From Candidatus Poribacteria bacterium (lineage in GTDB: Bacteria > Poribacteria > WGA-4E > WGA-3G): a stretch of 64,000 bases of DNA. The position numbers and the translations under genes are program-made. The notes beneath the pieces were generated by a model, which saw only the letters and a program-made list of their open reading frames with translations, searched no databases and was not told the DNA's origin. The first letter of the stretch is position 1, and each line of letters starts with the position of its first letter. This document shows, piece after piece, positions 30,772 through 40,970 of this stretch. The stretch lies in assembly GCA_965198235.1 (NCBI GenBank), contig OZ240248.1:1312001-1376000 (forward strand). The letters are read 5' to 3'.

Positions 30772-31149
30772 TTAGAGAAAAAAACTTTTAATAAGGGCAG
30801 CAAGGGCAATGACAGTTGGGGTGATCCACGCCGCATGCTTCCACAAGCGGACGGCAAACTCACGCTGCCCGCGCTGAAACGTGACAAGTTCCAACACTCT
30901 ATCGAGTTTCGTTTCCATACGATCCATGCGCGTTTCAAGGCGGTCCTGGCGTTTCTCTAGTGATGCGAATCGGCTATCTATTGCCTCAAACCGGGTATCT
31001 ATTGCCTCAAACCGCTGAGCTATCATCTTATCCTGTGCCTCAAACCGCTGAGACATAATCCTATCTTGTGTCTCAAACCGCTGCGCTATCATCTTATCCT
31101 GTGCCGCAAACCGCTGAGACATAATCTCTTGAAGCTCTTGGACTGTCAT
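30772..31149 (-). CDS. Small coiled-coil repeat protein with C-terminal TM helix
   Basis: 11-aa repeats (IMSQRFxAQDK/MIAQRFE), heptad RFEAIDx repeats, hydrophobic C-terminus. Confidence 0.7.
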   Translation of the reverse strand: MTVQELQEIMSQRFAAQDKMIAQRFETQDRIMSQRFEAQDKMIAQRFEAIDTRFEAIDSRFASLEKRQDRLETRMDRMETKLDRVLELVTFQRGQREFAVRLWKHAAWITPTVIALAALIKSFFL

Positions 31150-31175
31150 GAGAAATCCCCAATATCCTTCGCGCC

Positions 31176-32774
31176 CTATTTAACCTTCGCACTAAACCCG
31201 GTCCCTTTCACGATGTTCGCGAGATCGTCCGCGGTGGCGGTGTTCTTTCGGACTTTAATGACGGCTTGGTCGGGGAGAGAAACCTCAACGCTGATAACGC
31301 TTTGGTGTTGTGTAAGTGCATCCTGCACCTTGGCGACACACGCCCCTCACGTCATGCCTGTCACTACCAGCGCGACATCCTCGCTTCCCGCGGGTTCGAT
31401 CGGGACGGACATAAAGGCATTCAGTAGCTTACCGGTGGCGGTATCAAATATCCGAATCTTTCCGTCAAAGCCGCCTGTGGCGAGCTCTGTGCCGTTGGGA
31501 TGGAACGAGACCGCGAAAACACCAACTGCATCGCCTTGCATGCTTGCTAAACGCTTCCCGTTTTCCACGTTGTAGATACGGGCTTCACCGCCTCCGCTGC
31601 CAATAGCAAACCGACTGCCGTCTGCTGAAAACGCAACCCCTTCAATTGAACCCGACTGTGCTTCATACGCCTGGATGAGGTTGAAATCTGTGTTACCTAC
31701 ATCTCTCCGTATTTCGCGAAAGATTTTGTAGAGCCGCGGGATCCGATCTTCGCCAGCACTCAAAACCTGATCTTTGGTCGGGTGCCGTGCGATGGTGTTG
31801 ATTTCCCCATAACCCTTGTTACTGGAGTTGATGTCGTCAACAAAAGAGCCTGTATCTACCTCAACCAATTTGAGGGCAGTGTCGCGCCCACAACTCACGA
31901 AATGCGTGCCATCGGTGGAGAAAATCGTACCAAAAACCCAGTCACTGTGATTGTCGAATTTAATCAATTCTTTCTCGTCTTCAACCGATAGGACGCGTAC
32001 CGTCTTATCTGAGCATCCGAAAGCGACGCGACTTGCGTCTGGTGAGAAAGAGAGCCCGTACACAGTATCATAACTCGAACGCATCGCTTTGATGAGTGTG
32101 TTCGTTGCCGTATCCCATAGCTGCACTTCGCCAAATTGCGCAGGAGATCCGCCTGCCATACCTAAGATCTTTCCATCTGACGTATACATCAGCGATTCTA
32201 TGCGATGTGCTTTGCCTGCCAATCTTGCTTTGAGTTCAAAATTCGTTGTGGCATACAACAAAATTTCGCGAAATCCGGACACCGCAAGTGTGCTACCATC
32301 AGGCGAGTATGCCAGAGCAGTAACCACGGGAGGCACTACGTAGGTCGGATAGTTGCCTTCATCCATATCGTCGACTTCGGCGGGTGTGTCGTCATGCGCA
32401 CCTTCAAGAATCCAACGCCGAAACAGTTCGACCTCTTCAGCGGAGAGCGGTTCTTGGTTCTGGGGCATTGCCGGTTCATCGCCGGAGATGAGTTCAATCA
32501 TGAGACTTTCATCCGGTTGCCCGGGGACAATTGCATCGCCTGCCATTCCACCCCGTTTGAGATCTGCGTAGGTTGTCACAATCAGATCACCGTTCGGATC
32601 GCCGGGGTGATGGCATCCTTGACAACTCCGTTTGAGGATCGGAACAATCTCGGAATAGTAACTGACTGTTGAATCTGTAGCGTGCTGGTCTGCTGTTACA
32701 TACGGGCTCAACGCTACAAAACAGAGCAGATACACCCCTAAATGAATCATAAACCTTGATCGTGGTACTTTCAT
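31176..32774 (-). CDS. Planctomycete cytochrome c (PSCyt1) + WD40 + C-terminal HMA domain; probable selenoprotein (UGA at 31347-31349 read as Sec)
   Basis: CQGCH haem motif, MP..L...E...WI.EGA, WD40 repeats; after TGA the frame continues GACVAKVQDAL...GV-like..V.VSL...IVKGTGF, giving GMT-U-GAC equivalent to HMA GMTCxxC. Confidence 0.8.
31311..31346 (-). promoter_or_regulatory. Candidate bacterial SECIS hairpin
   Basis: UGA-GGGGC-GUGU..AGGUGCA-GGA-UGCACUU-ACAC; G-containing apical loop 23 nt after the UGA. Confidence 0.6.
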
Positions 32775-32857
32775 GTTTTTTGAAAAATCCTCCCTCTCAT
32801 TACACCACTTTGGTAAGCTGCACCAAAAATGTCGCAGTTGACATACTTTACTTAATA

Positions 32858-32944
32858 ATTATATCATAATTTTATAACGAAATTCAAGAAAAAATTTTGT
32901 GCCGAACATTTCGCATTGACATCTGTCACACAATACGATATACT
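32858..32944. promoter_or_regulatory. Divergent sigma70 promoters
   Basis: Minus: TTGAAT-18-TATAAT with extended TG (32858-32887); plus: TTGACA-17-TATACT (32916-32944). Confidence 0.6.
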
Positions 32945-32960
32945 TCTTTTGCCTAATACA

Positions 32961-33300
32961 ACTAAAGTTTGGACAATTTGTGTCGGTTAGCCATTGCGTT
33001 TTTCAGTATCTTCGTATTTTTCTACGAGTTTGGTGTTTCGACGTAACGTGGAAAAAACCTATTTACATTCGACTCGCGTTAGTATAAACATAGCACTCCG
33101 CTGGAGTGCGTTTGCATCTGTATCCTTTTTCTATAGACATATCACCCCTACGGGGTGGGGCTTCCCATATTCAGTGGGTCTCGCCAATACAGATGTTGCT
33201 TCTCTTTGCTCCAGCGGAGCAATATGTCTATAGTCCAGAAGTGTCGCAAGTCCCGCACTCCAGCGGAGTGCTATGTCTGAAAAATTGTCCAAAGCTTAGT
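32961..33300. mobile_element. MITE, 340 bp, in yceI 5' UTR
   Basis: TIR ACTAAAGTTTGGACAATTT / AAATTGTCCAAAGCTTAGT; AATACA (up to TAATACAA) duplicated at both flanks; internal CTCCAGCGGAG palindromes. Confidence 0.8.
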
Positions 33301-33363
33301 AATACAAGGCAACACACTCTTAATAAAATTTAACTATTGAATGGATTAAGGAGATTTTTCTTA

Positions 33364-33984
33364 ATGAAAACAGGCTTAAGACGCTCCCAACAGATTTCCT
33401 ATATTGGTATTGGAGGTCTCGTTTTAGCGTTACTCATCATCGGCTTCACTGGAAGCATACAACTCGCAGATGCAGCAGATACATACGAAATTGACACAGC
33501 GCATTCAATGATACTTTTTCGTGCAAAACATAATGGGATTAGCTACAATTACGGCAGATTTAATGAGTTCACCGGTAAGATCACAATGGACGCCGATGTG
33601 TCCAAGAGCACAGTGGCGTTTGAGGTCAAGACAGCGAGCGTTGATACTGCTAACAAGAAACGCGACCAACATCTCAGAAGTTCCGACTTCTTCAGTGCAA
33701 AGCAATTTCCCGTCATTACCTTCAAAAGCACGAAGGTGAGTATGAAGGAAGCGGAAGAAGACATATTGGAAGTCACAGGCGACTTTGAGTTGCTCGGTGT
33801 TAAGAAATCTATCACCGTGGATGTCAAGATTACTGGGAGAGGTAAAGGAAGAGGCGGAGAGTCCCTGATCGGATTTGAGAGCGTCTTTACGGTTAAGAGG
33901 AGCGACTTCGGCATGACTTATGGCGCCGGAACTGTCAGCGATGATATTCGCCTTACTGTTAGTATTGAAGCAAAGGGAGAATAA
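33364..33984 (+). CDS. YceI family lipid/polyisoprenoid-binding protein
   Basis: YEID.AHS..F...H.G.S...GRF, SVDT...RDQHLRS.DFF...FP.ITF.ST, RSDFGM. Confidence 0.9.
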   Translation: MKTGLRRSQQISYIGIGGLVLALLIIGFTGSIQLADAADTYEIDTAHSMILFRAKHNGISYNYGRFNEFTGKITMDADVSKSTVAFEVKTASVDTANKKRDQHLRSSDFFSAKQFPVITFKSTKVSMKEAEEDILEVTGDFELLGVKKSITVDVKITGRGKGRGGESLIGFESVFTVKRSDFGMTYGAGTVSDDIRLTVSIEAKGE

Positions 33985-34062
33985 AAATATCCACCCCGAT
34001 TTCCTGTGGGTGCGCTCTGCGAGACCGTTACCTCCAAAAGATGCACAAATGGACCCTCAGCG

Positions 34063-34974
34063 ATGTTAACACTCAAGCAACTTTTCCTCGGTTTATTTTT
34101 GCCGGCTGTTGTTAGCGGTGGGGTTCTTATATTCGCGAGATCTCTCTCTTCCAAACAGGACCCAATTAACACTGCGAAGAGGGAAAATGGATCTTCAGAT
34201 TGGCTCATCGCTGTTGCACTCAGTGTTGGCTACATCGTTGGTTATCTTGGTTTGGAAGGTTTACCGTCGTTTCCGCCGCGTTTGGGAGCGCATTGGCTCT
34301 GCTATCTCGCTATTATCGGACTAATCGTTGGGGGGTTTTGGAATTTTTCGGTTTGGGGACGTTTGATAGCACGGGTGGCACTTGCTGTGATTATACCGCG
34401 CCTTCTCCTAACTCCAACGTTTAAACATACGTGGGGACAGTTTGAAGGGATTATCTGGTGGGTGTGCCTCGCCGCTATGATTTTTATTTTTTGGAACCTC
34501 GTGCAACAGAGTTTTACGACCCTGATATCTGGTGCTTCTGTTCCGTTTGTCTATTTCGGGCTTTCCGGGGGGACTGCCCTCATCCTTGCGCTCTCCGGGG
34601 CTTTGCGGTTGGCACAACACGGTGGCATTCTCGTAGCACTTTTCGCTGTGAGTTGGGTGATCGCACTCGTTTCACAGCGACGTTCCGACAGCAATCAGCA
34701 CATCTTTCCACCCAGCGCATCACCCGTCGTGACGCTCCTACTTGCCGGCATCTGGATGAACGGCTATTTTTTTGAAGAAGTCCCGATGGCGAGTGCTATT
34801 CTGTTATTAATTTCACTGCTCTTTGTACATGTCGGGCGGATAGAGGTAATTCAGAGACTCGGTACGCGGCGTTCTGCCCTTGTCCAGATAGCAGCGGTTG
34901 CGTTACCAGTTGTTATCGCAATCGGTGTTGCTATCGCGCGCTCTGGTCTTTTTGGTGATAGCAGCGGCTATTAA
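34063..34974 (+). CDS. Hypothetical polytopic membrane protein
   Basis: About 10 hydrophobic segments; long ORF co-oriented with yceI. Confidence 0.7.
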   Translation: MLTLKQLFLGLFLPAVVSGGVLIFARSLSSKQDPINTAKRENGSSDWLIAVALSVGYIVGYLGLEGLPSFPPRLGAHWLCYLAIIGLIVGGFWNFSVWGRLIARVALAVIIPRLLLTPTFKHTWGQFEGIIWWVCLAAMIFIFWNLVQQSFTTLISGASVPFVYFGLSGGTALILALSGALRLAQHGGILVALFAVSWVIALVSQRRSDSNQHIFPPSASPVVTLLLAGIWMNGYFFEEVPMASAILLLISLLFVHVGRIEVIQRLGTRRSALVQIAAVALPVVIAIGVAIARSGLFGDSSGY

Positions 34975-35070
34975 TTAATGTGAACAAAAGGCTGGAGGAG
35001 TCTGTCTAAATACCTAATGTGAGTTTGACTTAATAGGTTTCCTGCAGCGGCACGAACGACTTATGAAGTC

Positions 35071-35185
35071 TGCACCGTTTTGGACAGTTGCGTGTAGCGT
35101 CTGCCCCATTTTGTGCAAGTCTTTCTGAACATTTCGCTGAGAATCCCATTAGTGCCGTATTGTTCAGACTGGCACGAAATTTGCT
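35071..35185 (+). promoter_or_regulatory. sigma54 promoter (35170-35185) with paired enhancer-like sites (35071-35086, 35102-35117)
   Basis: TGGCACGAAATTTGCT consensus -24/-12; TGCACCGTTTTGGACA and TGCCCCATTTTGTGCA 31 bp apart. Confidence 0.7.
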
Positions 35186-35201
35186 GCAATTGGTATGAAT
35201 T

Positions 35202-35372
35202 TATAGTGAATTCTATAAATAAGTAGACACTTCAGTAAGTTGTAGACCCCAAACGCGTCCACCACCGCTGGCGAGGTGTTTTTGATAGGGGTTTTTGATA
35301 GGGTATTTCTGCGGATTTCCCCTAGTAACCTCGCCTCTTTAGAGCGTCCAAGTAATTGTAGGTTTTACTATA
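35202..35372. mobile_element. MITE-like element with TATAGT...ACTATA ends and nested G/T repeat
   Basis: Imperfect ~28 bp TIRs; related left end at 43673; inner GGCGAGGT..ACCTCGCC stem. Confidence 0.6.
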
Positions 35373-35550
35373 ATCTAAGAATTTAGAGGAAGCCTATAGG
35401 ACAAGATCCATGTGTTTCTGCGGATCTGCGTATGTCCAGTTTAGGTTAGTAAGTCGGAGGACGCGCAGAAAAAGGACCCATTTTGCATGCGACAAAAAAT
35501 TCAAGTCATCTCCTCGGCTTGCACAAAAGAACAAACGACTGGAGGTAAAA

Positions 35551-38500
35551 ATGAGTTTGATACGTAGTCTGACCCGTTTTGGCGTGTTTTATAAGTCAAA
35601 ACTTGCTAATAAAAGTCTTGTCATGGCACTTCTATTTGGCATCTTGTTCCTTTTTAACGGTTGTGTCAAGATGGAGGCGACCCGGAAAGCGGATTGGGAG
35701 ACACATTTCACTGATCTGCACTTCGTCAATCATAAACAGGGCTGGATTGTTGGGCAGCAAGGGGTAATCATCCATACAACAGATCGCGGAGAGACGTGGA
35801 AGCAACAAGAAGTTGATACAACAAGCCCAGGATTTCGTCTTCCTGATGCCTCCTTGGACTTCAAGGCGGTCTATTTTACCAACGAGAACTACGGATGGGC
35901 AGTCGGCGATGAAGGGTTAGTTGCAGCTACCGACGATGGGGGTAAACACTGGACACTGCAAAAAAGCGGCACTTCCGCAATGCTCCTTGATGTCTTTTTT
36001 GCCAATTCAAAAGAAGGCTGGATTGTTGGGGAAGGTTCGGATGTCCTCTATACCGAGAACGGCGGAAAAGAGTGGAAACGTTACGAATACGTCAGCGACT
36101 TTATGCTCAACGGGGTCTGGTTCGTTAACGATTCAACAGGGTGGGTTGTCGGCACTCACGATAGAATTCTTCATACCAAAACCGGGGGCGAATCGTGGCG
36201 AGAGCAGAGCAATCGATTTGCGGGTGAGCGCGACAGGATGATCAACGACAATAAACAGGTCTTCTTCGTCAGCGATAATGAAGGTTGGATTGTCGGCAGT
36301 GACGGCTCTATCTTTCATACGAACACAGCCGGTGTAAACTGGGAACGCCAAGATAGCCGCATCCCACTGATTAATGGACACGTCCGAGATACCATCAATA
36401 GTATCCATTTCACTGATGAAAACTACGGGGTCGCTGTAGCAGATGTCGGATTTATTACCCGGACCGAAGACGGTGGCGACAACTGGCAATTGATGGAGAG
36501 CGGGACCGAAAACAATTTGACGGGGATCCATTTCACCACACCTAACGAGGCGTGGGCGGTCGGATGGTACGGCACTATTTTGCACACGACGGATGCAGGT
36601 GCGACATGGGAGATGACCAGTGGAACGACTGCGAATGACCTGCAGAACGTCCAGTTTGCCGATGCCAATCGGGCCGTCGCTGTCGGTAAGCGTGGCACCA
36701 TGGCGGTGAGCAATGATGGCGGACAAACTTGGAACGAAATTGAAACTGATATCTGGGACGGCATCTGGAATATCTATTTCGCAACTGACAAGCACGGCTG
36801 GGCAGTCGGTGATCGCGGTCTTATTGTCCATACCAATGATGGCGGTGCGAGTTGGGAACATCAGCGCGGTCCTTCCGCATTTGCACTCCGTTCTGTCCAC
36901 TTTGTGAGTCCTAAAGTCGGCTGGATCGTCGGAGATATCGGTAGTATCCTACACACAATTGACGGCGGGCAAACTTGGCTGCCGCAAACCGCAACGGGCG
37001 ATTTTCTTTCTTTGATGCTAAAGGGTGTATTTTTTCTTGACGAAAAGAAGGGATGGGCTATCGGATGGCCCGGTGTTTGCCTCACGACAGAAGACGGGGG
37101 TTTGACATGGAACCAGCAGACTACCGGCACCTTCAATGAACTCTATGCCGTTTACTTCGCAGATGAAAACACAGGGTGGATTATCGGACAGTTTGGAGAG
37201 ATTTTACATACCAAAAACGGTGGAAATAGATGGAACTTTCAACGCAGCGGCACGCAAGAAAATCTCAATAAGCTTTATTTTGCTGACGCACAGCACGGAT
37301 TGATCGTCGGTGATAACGGGGTGATGCTCACGACCGTCAACGGTGGCGCAAAATGGGAAATTCAAGAAAGCGGCACCGACAACGACCTGTACGGACTGGC
37401 TCTCTCGCCTGATGGTGTCGTCGCTGTCGGTAAAGGCGGGATTGCGATGCGTTATTCCGTTGAAGAAGCGGAATTGCCAGCGAAATTACCGCCTGTCGCT
37501 GAAGAAGTAGAGATTGTTACGGCTGAAGAGGAAACTCCTGTTGAGCCTGTTGCCTACCAGTGGGACATTATCCGTCAGGCAACTTGGCGAACGAACTTCA
37601 CCGATACGTATTTCGTAGATGCACAAAACGGATGGGCGGTCGGTTCAGGGGGCGCAATTGCACATACCACAGACGGTGGCAAGACGTGGCTCCCCCAACA
37701 CAGTGGTGTCAGTGAGGATCTGCGCCAAGTCGAATTTTCTGACGAAAAACATGGGCGAATCCTCGGATCTGGTATCTTACTTCAGACCGAAAATGGTGGT
37801 GAAACATGGCAGCCAATTCTTCAAGCAACCAAGCAGAACCTGCCACGTGTTAACACAATGCACTTCCTAAATGCCGAAGAGGGATGGCTTGGTGCAAGGA
37901 TTGGACAGACCTTGCATACGACCGATGGCGGCAAGACATGGAAAATCCAAAAGACCGGAACGACAACGGCAAACATCACCGATCTCCACTTTGTCAATAG
38001 TCAAGAGGGATGGGCAGTCACACCTCAACGTCGGGATGGTGGGTTTATTCTCCAGACCGTTGACGGTGGCGATTATTGGAAAATTCAGGCGAAAACGAAT
38101 CAACCCGGTATTGCTGTCCATTTCGCTGACGAAAATCGCGGTTGGGTAATTCTCGGCAACGGCAACTCTTTGTTGACTGAGGACGGTGGTGAAACATGGA
38201 AATTGCAGACCACGACACGGAGCACACCCGGCTTGCGACGCATCACCTTCCATTCGCATACCAACGCTTGGGGACTCGGTGGTGGTGGTGCTTATGTCAC
38301 CGAGGATCAGGGGTTGACTTGGAAGGCGGTTCCTGTTGATACAGGAGGTGGTGCAGGCGATAACATGTTCGCCATGGAAGAATTCAATCCACTGTTACCC
38401 GAAGAATCCGAAGAACCCGAAGAAGTGGAAGAAAAGGTTTCGGAGGGACCGACGCTAACTTACGACGAGACACCGGAGGAAATTCAAAATCGGTTGCGAG

Positions 38501-39660
38501 CGCAGTGGCAACGTCCAGGACGTTTCGCTCCTGAGGGTGAACTCCCGCCTAACGCCGAGCGGGCGACCCCTCCGACAGCGCAGAGGCAGCAACAACCACC
38601 TCCACCACCAGAACCTGAAGGACGCCGCAGACGCGGGGCACGCCGAATCGCCAACGTATACTTCTTGGATGCAGAGCACGCATGGGCTGTTGGAAGTGGC
38701 GGCAGTATCTACCACACCGCAGACGGGGGCGAGACATGGGAACGTCAGCTCGGTGAACAGCAGCGCAATGACTTCCGAGAGGTCCTCTTCTATGATGACA
38801 AAAACGGTTGGATCGCAGGAGACGGCGGTGTGCTATTGGAAACCCAAGATGGTGGACAGACATGGGAGACACTCCGAAGCCGGACGCGTCAACGTCTCAT
38901 CGGGGTACACTTTGCCAGTCTTGAACCCGAAAAATGGGGGTGGGCAATGCAACGCGACGGAACTGTCCTCTATACGACAGATGGCGTGACTTGGACAGCC
39001 GGAGATACACCTGAGCAACCGCCTTTCATGGAAGGCGATCCACCCGGTACATTCTCGCTGAACGATGTTGAATTCGGTAAGTTTTCTGAAGGCTGGGCAG
39101 TGGGTAGACTCGGATATATCATCCATAACAAAGATGGCGGTCCCACATGGACACCGCAACGCACCACTGCAAACGACACACTTATGGATGTGGATATGAA
39201 ATTCGCACCCCTCGGTTGGGCAGTTGGACAAGGCGGGGTAACCCAACGCACCATCAATGGGGGTGAGTATTGGCGGATGCACGAAACCAAGTCGAATTAC
39301 GATCTCTATGCCGTCTCTTTTATTGCCAAGCGGACAGGATGGGCGGCTGGCGAAGCGGGTATCGTCCTGAAGACGACTGATGGTGGTTTTACGTGGCAAC
39401 CTACGTTGACTGGGGTTACCAAGAACCTACACGGCATCATCGCACTCTCCGAACAGGAGATCTACGCCGTCGGTGAAGAAGGAACGATCGTTCGTTCAAC
39501 CGATGGCGGTGAAACGTGGGAACAGGAGCACACCGATATCGACAACAATCTCTATGTCATCACCCGTTCCAAGGACGGTAAGGCGTTGTGGGTTGTCGGA
39601 CAATGGGGGGTCGTCCTGCGTCGAAAATTAGAGACACCCGTGCGGATGTCAATGCGTTAA
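35551..39660 (+). CDS. YCF48-like / BNR Asp-box multi-beta-propeller lipoprotein
   Basis: More than 25 repeats of F.D...GW.VG..G.I.HT.DGG.TW; lipobox FNGC; GGAGG RBS at 35551; Pro/Glu-rich linkers. Confidence 0.88.
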   Translation: MSLIRSLTRFGVFYKSKLANKSLVMALLFGILFLFNGCVKMEATRKADWETHFTDLHFVNHKQGWIVGQQGVIIHTTDRGETWKQQEVDTTSPGFRLPDASLDFKAVYFTNENYGWAVGDEGLVAATDDGGKHWTLQKSGTSAMLLDVFFANSKEGWIVGEGSDVLYTENGGKEWKRYEYVSDFMLNGVWFVNDSTGWVVGTHDRILHTKTGGESWREQSNRFAGERDRMINDNKQVFFVSDNEGWIVGSDGSIFHTNTAGVNWERQDSRIPLINGHVRDTINSIHFTDENYGVAVADVGFITRTEDGGDNWQLMESGTENNLTGIHFTTPNEAWAVGWYGTILHTTDAGATWEMTSGTTANDLQNVQFADANRAVAVGKRGTMAVSNDGGQTWNEIETDIWDGIWNIYFATDKHGWAVGDRGLIVHTNDGGASWEHQRGPSAFALRSVHFVSPKVGWIVGDIGSILHTIDGGQTWLPQTATGDFLSLMLKGVFFLDEKKGWAIGWPGVCLTTEDGGLTWNQQTTGTFNELYAVYFADENTGWIIGQFGEILHTKNGGNRWNFQRSGTQENLNKLYFADAQHGLIVGDNGVMLTTVNGGAKWEIQESGTDNDLYGLALSPDGVVAVGKGGIAMRYSVEEAELPAKLPPVAEEVEIVTAEEETPVEPVAYQWDIIRQATWRTNFTDTYFVDAQNGWAVGSGGAIAHTTDGGKTWLPQHSGVSEDLRQVEFSDEKHGRILGSGILLQTENGGETWQPILQATKQNLPRVNTMHFLNAEEGWLGARIGQTLHTTDGGKTWKIQKTGTTTANITDLHFVNSQEGWAVTPQRRDGGFILQTVDGGDYWKIQAKTNQPGIAVHFADENRGWVILGNGNSLLTEDGGETWKLQTTTRSTPGLRRITFHSHTNAWGLGGGGAYVTEDQGLTWKAVPVDTGGGAGDNMFAMEEFNPLLPEESEEPEEVEEKVSEGPTLTYDETPEEIQNRLRAQWQRPGRFAPEGELPPNAERATPPTAQRQQQPPPPPEPEGRRRRGARRIANVYFLDAEHAWAVGSGGSIYHTADGGETWERQLGEQQRNDFREVLFYDDKNGWIAGDGGVLLETQDGGQTWETLRSRTRQRLIGVHFASLEPEKWGWAMQRDGTVLYTTDGVTWTAGDTPEQPPFMEGDPPGTFSLNDVEFGKFSEGWAVGRLGYIIHNKDGGPTWTPQRTTANDTLMDVDMKFAPLGWAVGQGGVTQRTINGGEYWRMHETKSNYDLYAVSFIAKRTGWAAGEAGIVLKTTDGGFTWQPTLTGVTKNLHGIIALSEQEIYAVGEEGTIVRSTDGGETWEQEHTDIDNNLYVITRSKDGKALWVVGQWGVVLRRKLETPVRMSMR

Positions 39661-39769
39661 TAGGGTGTTTCTGTGGATTTCTGCGGATTTCTTCGGATTT
39701 CTTCAGATCTACGGAGAGGATCGTTATTCATTCAATTCACTTGACCGAACCGCACGGTAAATTAAAAAA

Positions 39770-40750
39770 ATGAAATCAAAATCCAGTAAAGCATTACTTA
39801 TCTCTGTCCTATTGCATCTCGGTGTTGGGGTGCTCGGATTTTTCTTCTGGTTTAGCACCAATCCGCAGCGAAATGCTGATGCTATCAATGCCCTATTTGT
39901 CATCGAAGAAAAGCCGAAGGTCAGACGCGTGACACCTCCGAAACGCACGCAAGTCAGGCACAGAAGAACGCGTGATGTCAGCCAACCGCGACTGAAAATC
40001 CTCACGAGCAATCAACCTGCCAGCACCCGGGGGGTCGTCTCCGCCGCGGAACCCGCACCTTTCCAACCCTTTGACACCAAAGACGTAGGCGAACCTGTAG
40101 GACCCACCGCAACCAATGTCGAGTTTGACAATGCCCCGCGTGTGCAAAGGGTTATCGAACGTCCTTTCAAAAAAGAAAAAAAAGCCAAAACACGTTTCAA
40201 AAGTCGATTAGTGCGGTTCATTGAGGCACAGGAGGGACCGCAGCGCATCGTCTACTGCGTCGATCTGTCTACGAGTATGCAAAACCTCCCACCCCGTAAA
40301 CTCAAAAGAATTATAGATCTCATGCGGAATTCGCTTACCTTCCTTGAGCCACACGATAGCTTCAACGTCGTAGCGTTTAGCACGGAACTCATCGTCTACC
40401 AAGAAGGCTTCATCCCTGTAACAGAGCAAACAGTTGCCGCATCGTCAAACTATCTCGCCGACATCCACTCCCAAATTCACACAAAAGGGACCGATCACGA
40501 TATGCTATCGGCGTTGACCGAAATCGCCAAAACCGCACCTACCATCGTCGTTCTCTTTAGCGACGGCATTCCTACCACGATTGCGGGACCGGATCTTACG
40601 CGCATTGGTGAACACGCCGCAGGCAACGGACACATCTTCGCGATGGGGATTGGAATGGCACCTAATTTTCCGGGTGCTGTGATGTTGAAACGACTCGCTA
40701 CCGTCAGTCAAGGAGATTTGTGGCTCGTTGATAGAGGTAGGGGTAGATAA
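39770..40750 (+). CDS. Membrane-anchored VWA domain protein
   Basis: SVLLH TM anchor, DLSTSM MIDAS, FNVVAFS, LFSDG.P. Confidence 0.8.
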   Translation: MKSKSSKALLISVLLHLGVGVLGFFFWFSTNPQRNADAINALFVIEEKPKVRRVTPPKRTQVRHRRTRDVSQPRLKILTSNQPASTRGVVSAAEPAPFQPFDTKDVGEPVGPTATNVEFDNAPRVQRVIERPFKKEKKAKTRFKSRLVRFIEAQEGPQRIVYCVDLSTSMQNLPPRKLKRIIDLMRNSLTFLEPHDSFNVVAFSTELIVYQEGFIPVTEQTVAASSNYLADIHSQIHTKGTDHDMLSALTEIAKTAPTIVVLFSDGIPTTIAGPDLTRIGEHAAGNGHIFAMGIGMAPNFPGAVMLKRLATVSQGDLWLVDRGRGR

Positions 40751-40905
40751 GGTTTTTTAACTATTCGGTGACCGAGCCGTTTTCGTCTCCGGGGAAGTCC
40801 CTGCCGAGGAACTGAAATCTGCCCTCGTTGCAGGAAAGCCGTTGCCGAAAATGTGGTTTCACGTGATTTAACGAACCTTTTTTTTAACGTTCCATAATTT
40901 CCCGC

Positions 40906-40934
40906 TTGACATCTATCCAAAAATTTGCTAAAAT
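40906..40934 (+). promoter_or_regulatory. sigma70 promoter for LamG pair
   Basis: TTGACA-17bp-TAAAAT. Confidence 0.65.
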
Positions 40935-40970
40935 CAACATGAATCAAGACAACACAAGGAGGCGTGACAA

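Noticed and set aside
35410-35550. Longer N-terminus for the YCF48-like protein
   Set aside because: A GGAGG RBS and lipoprotein signal support ATG 35551
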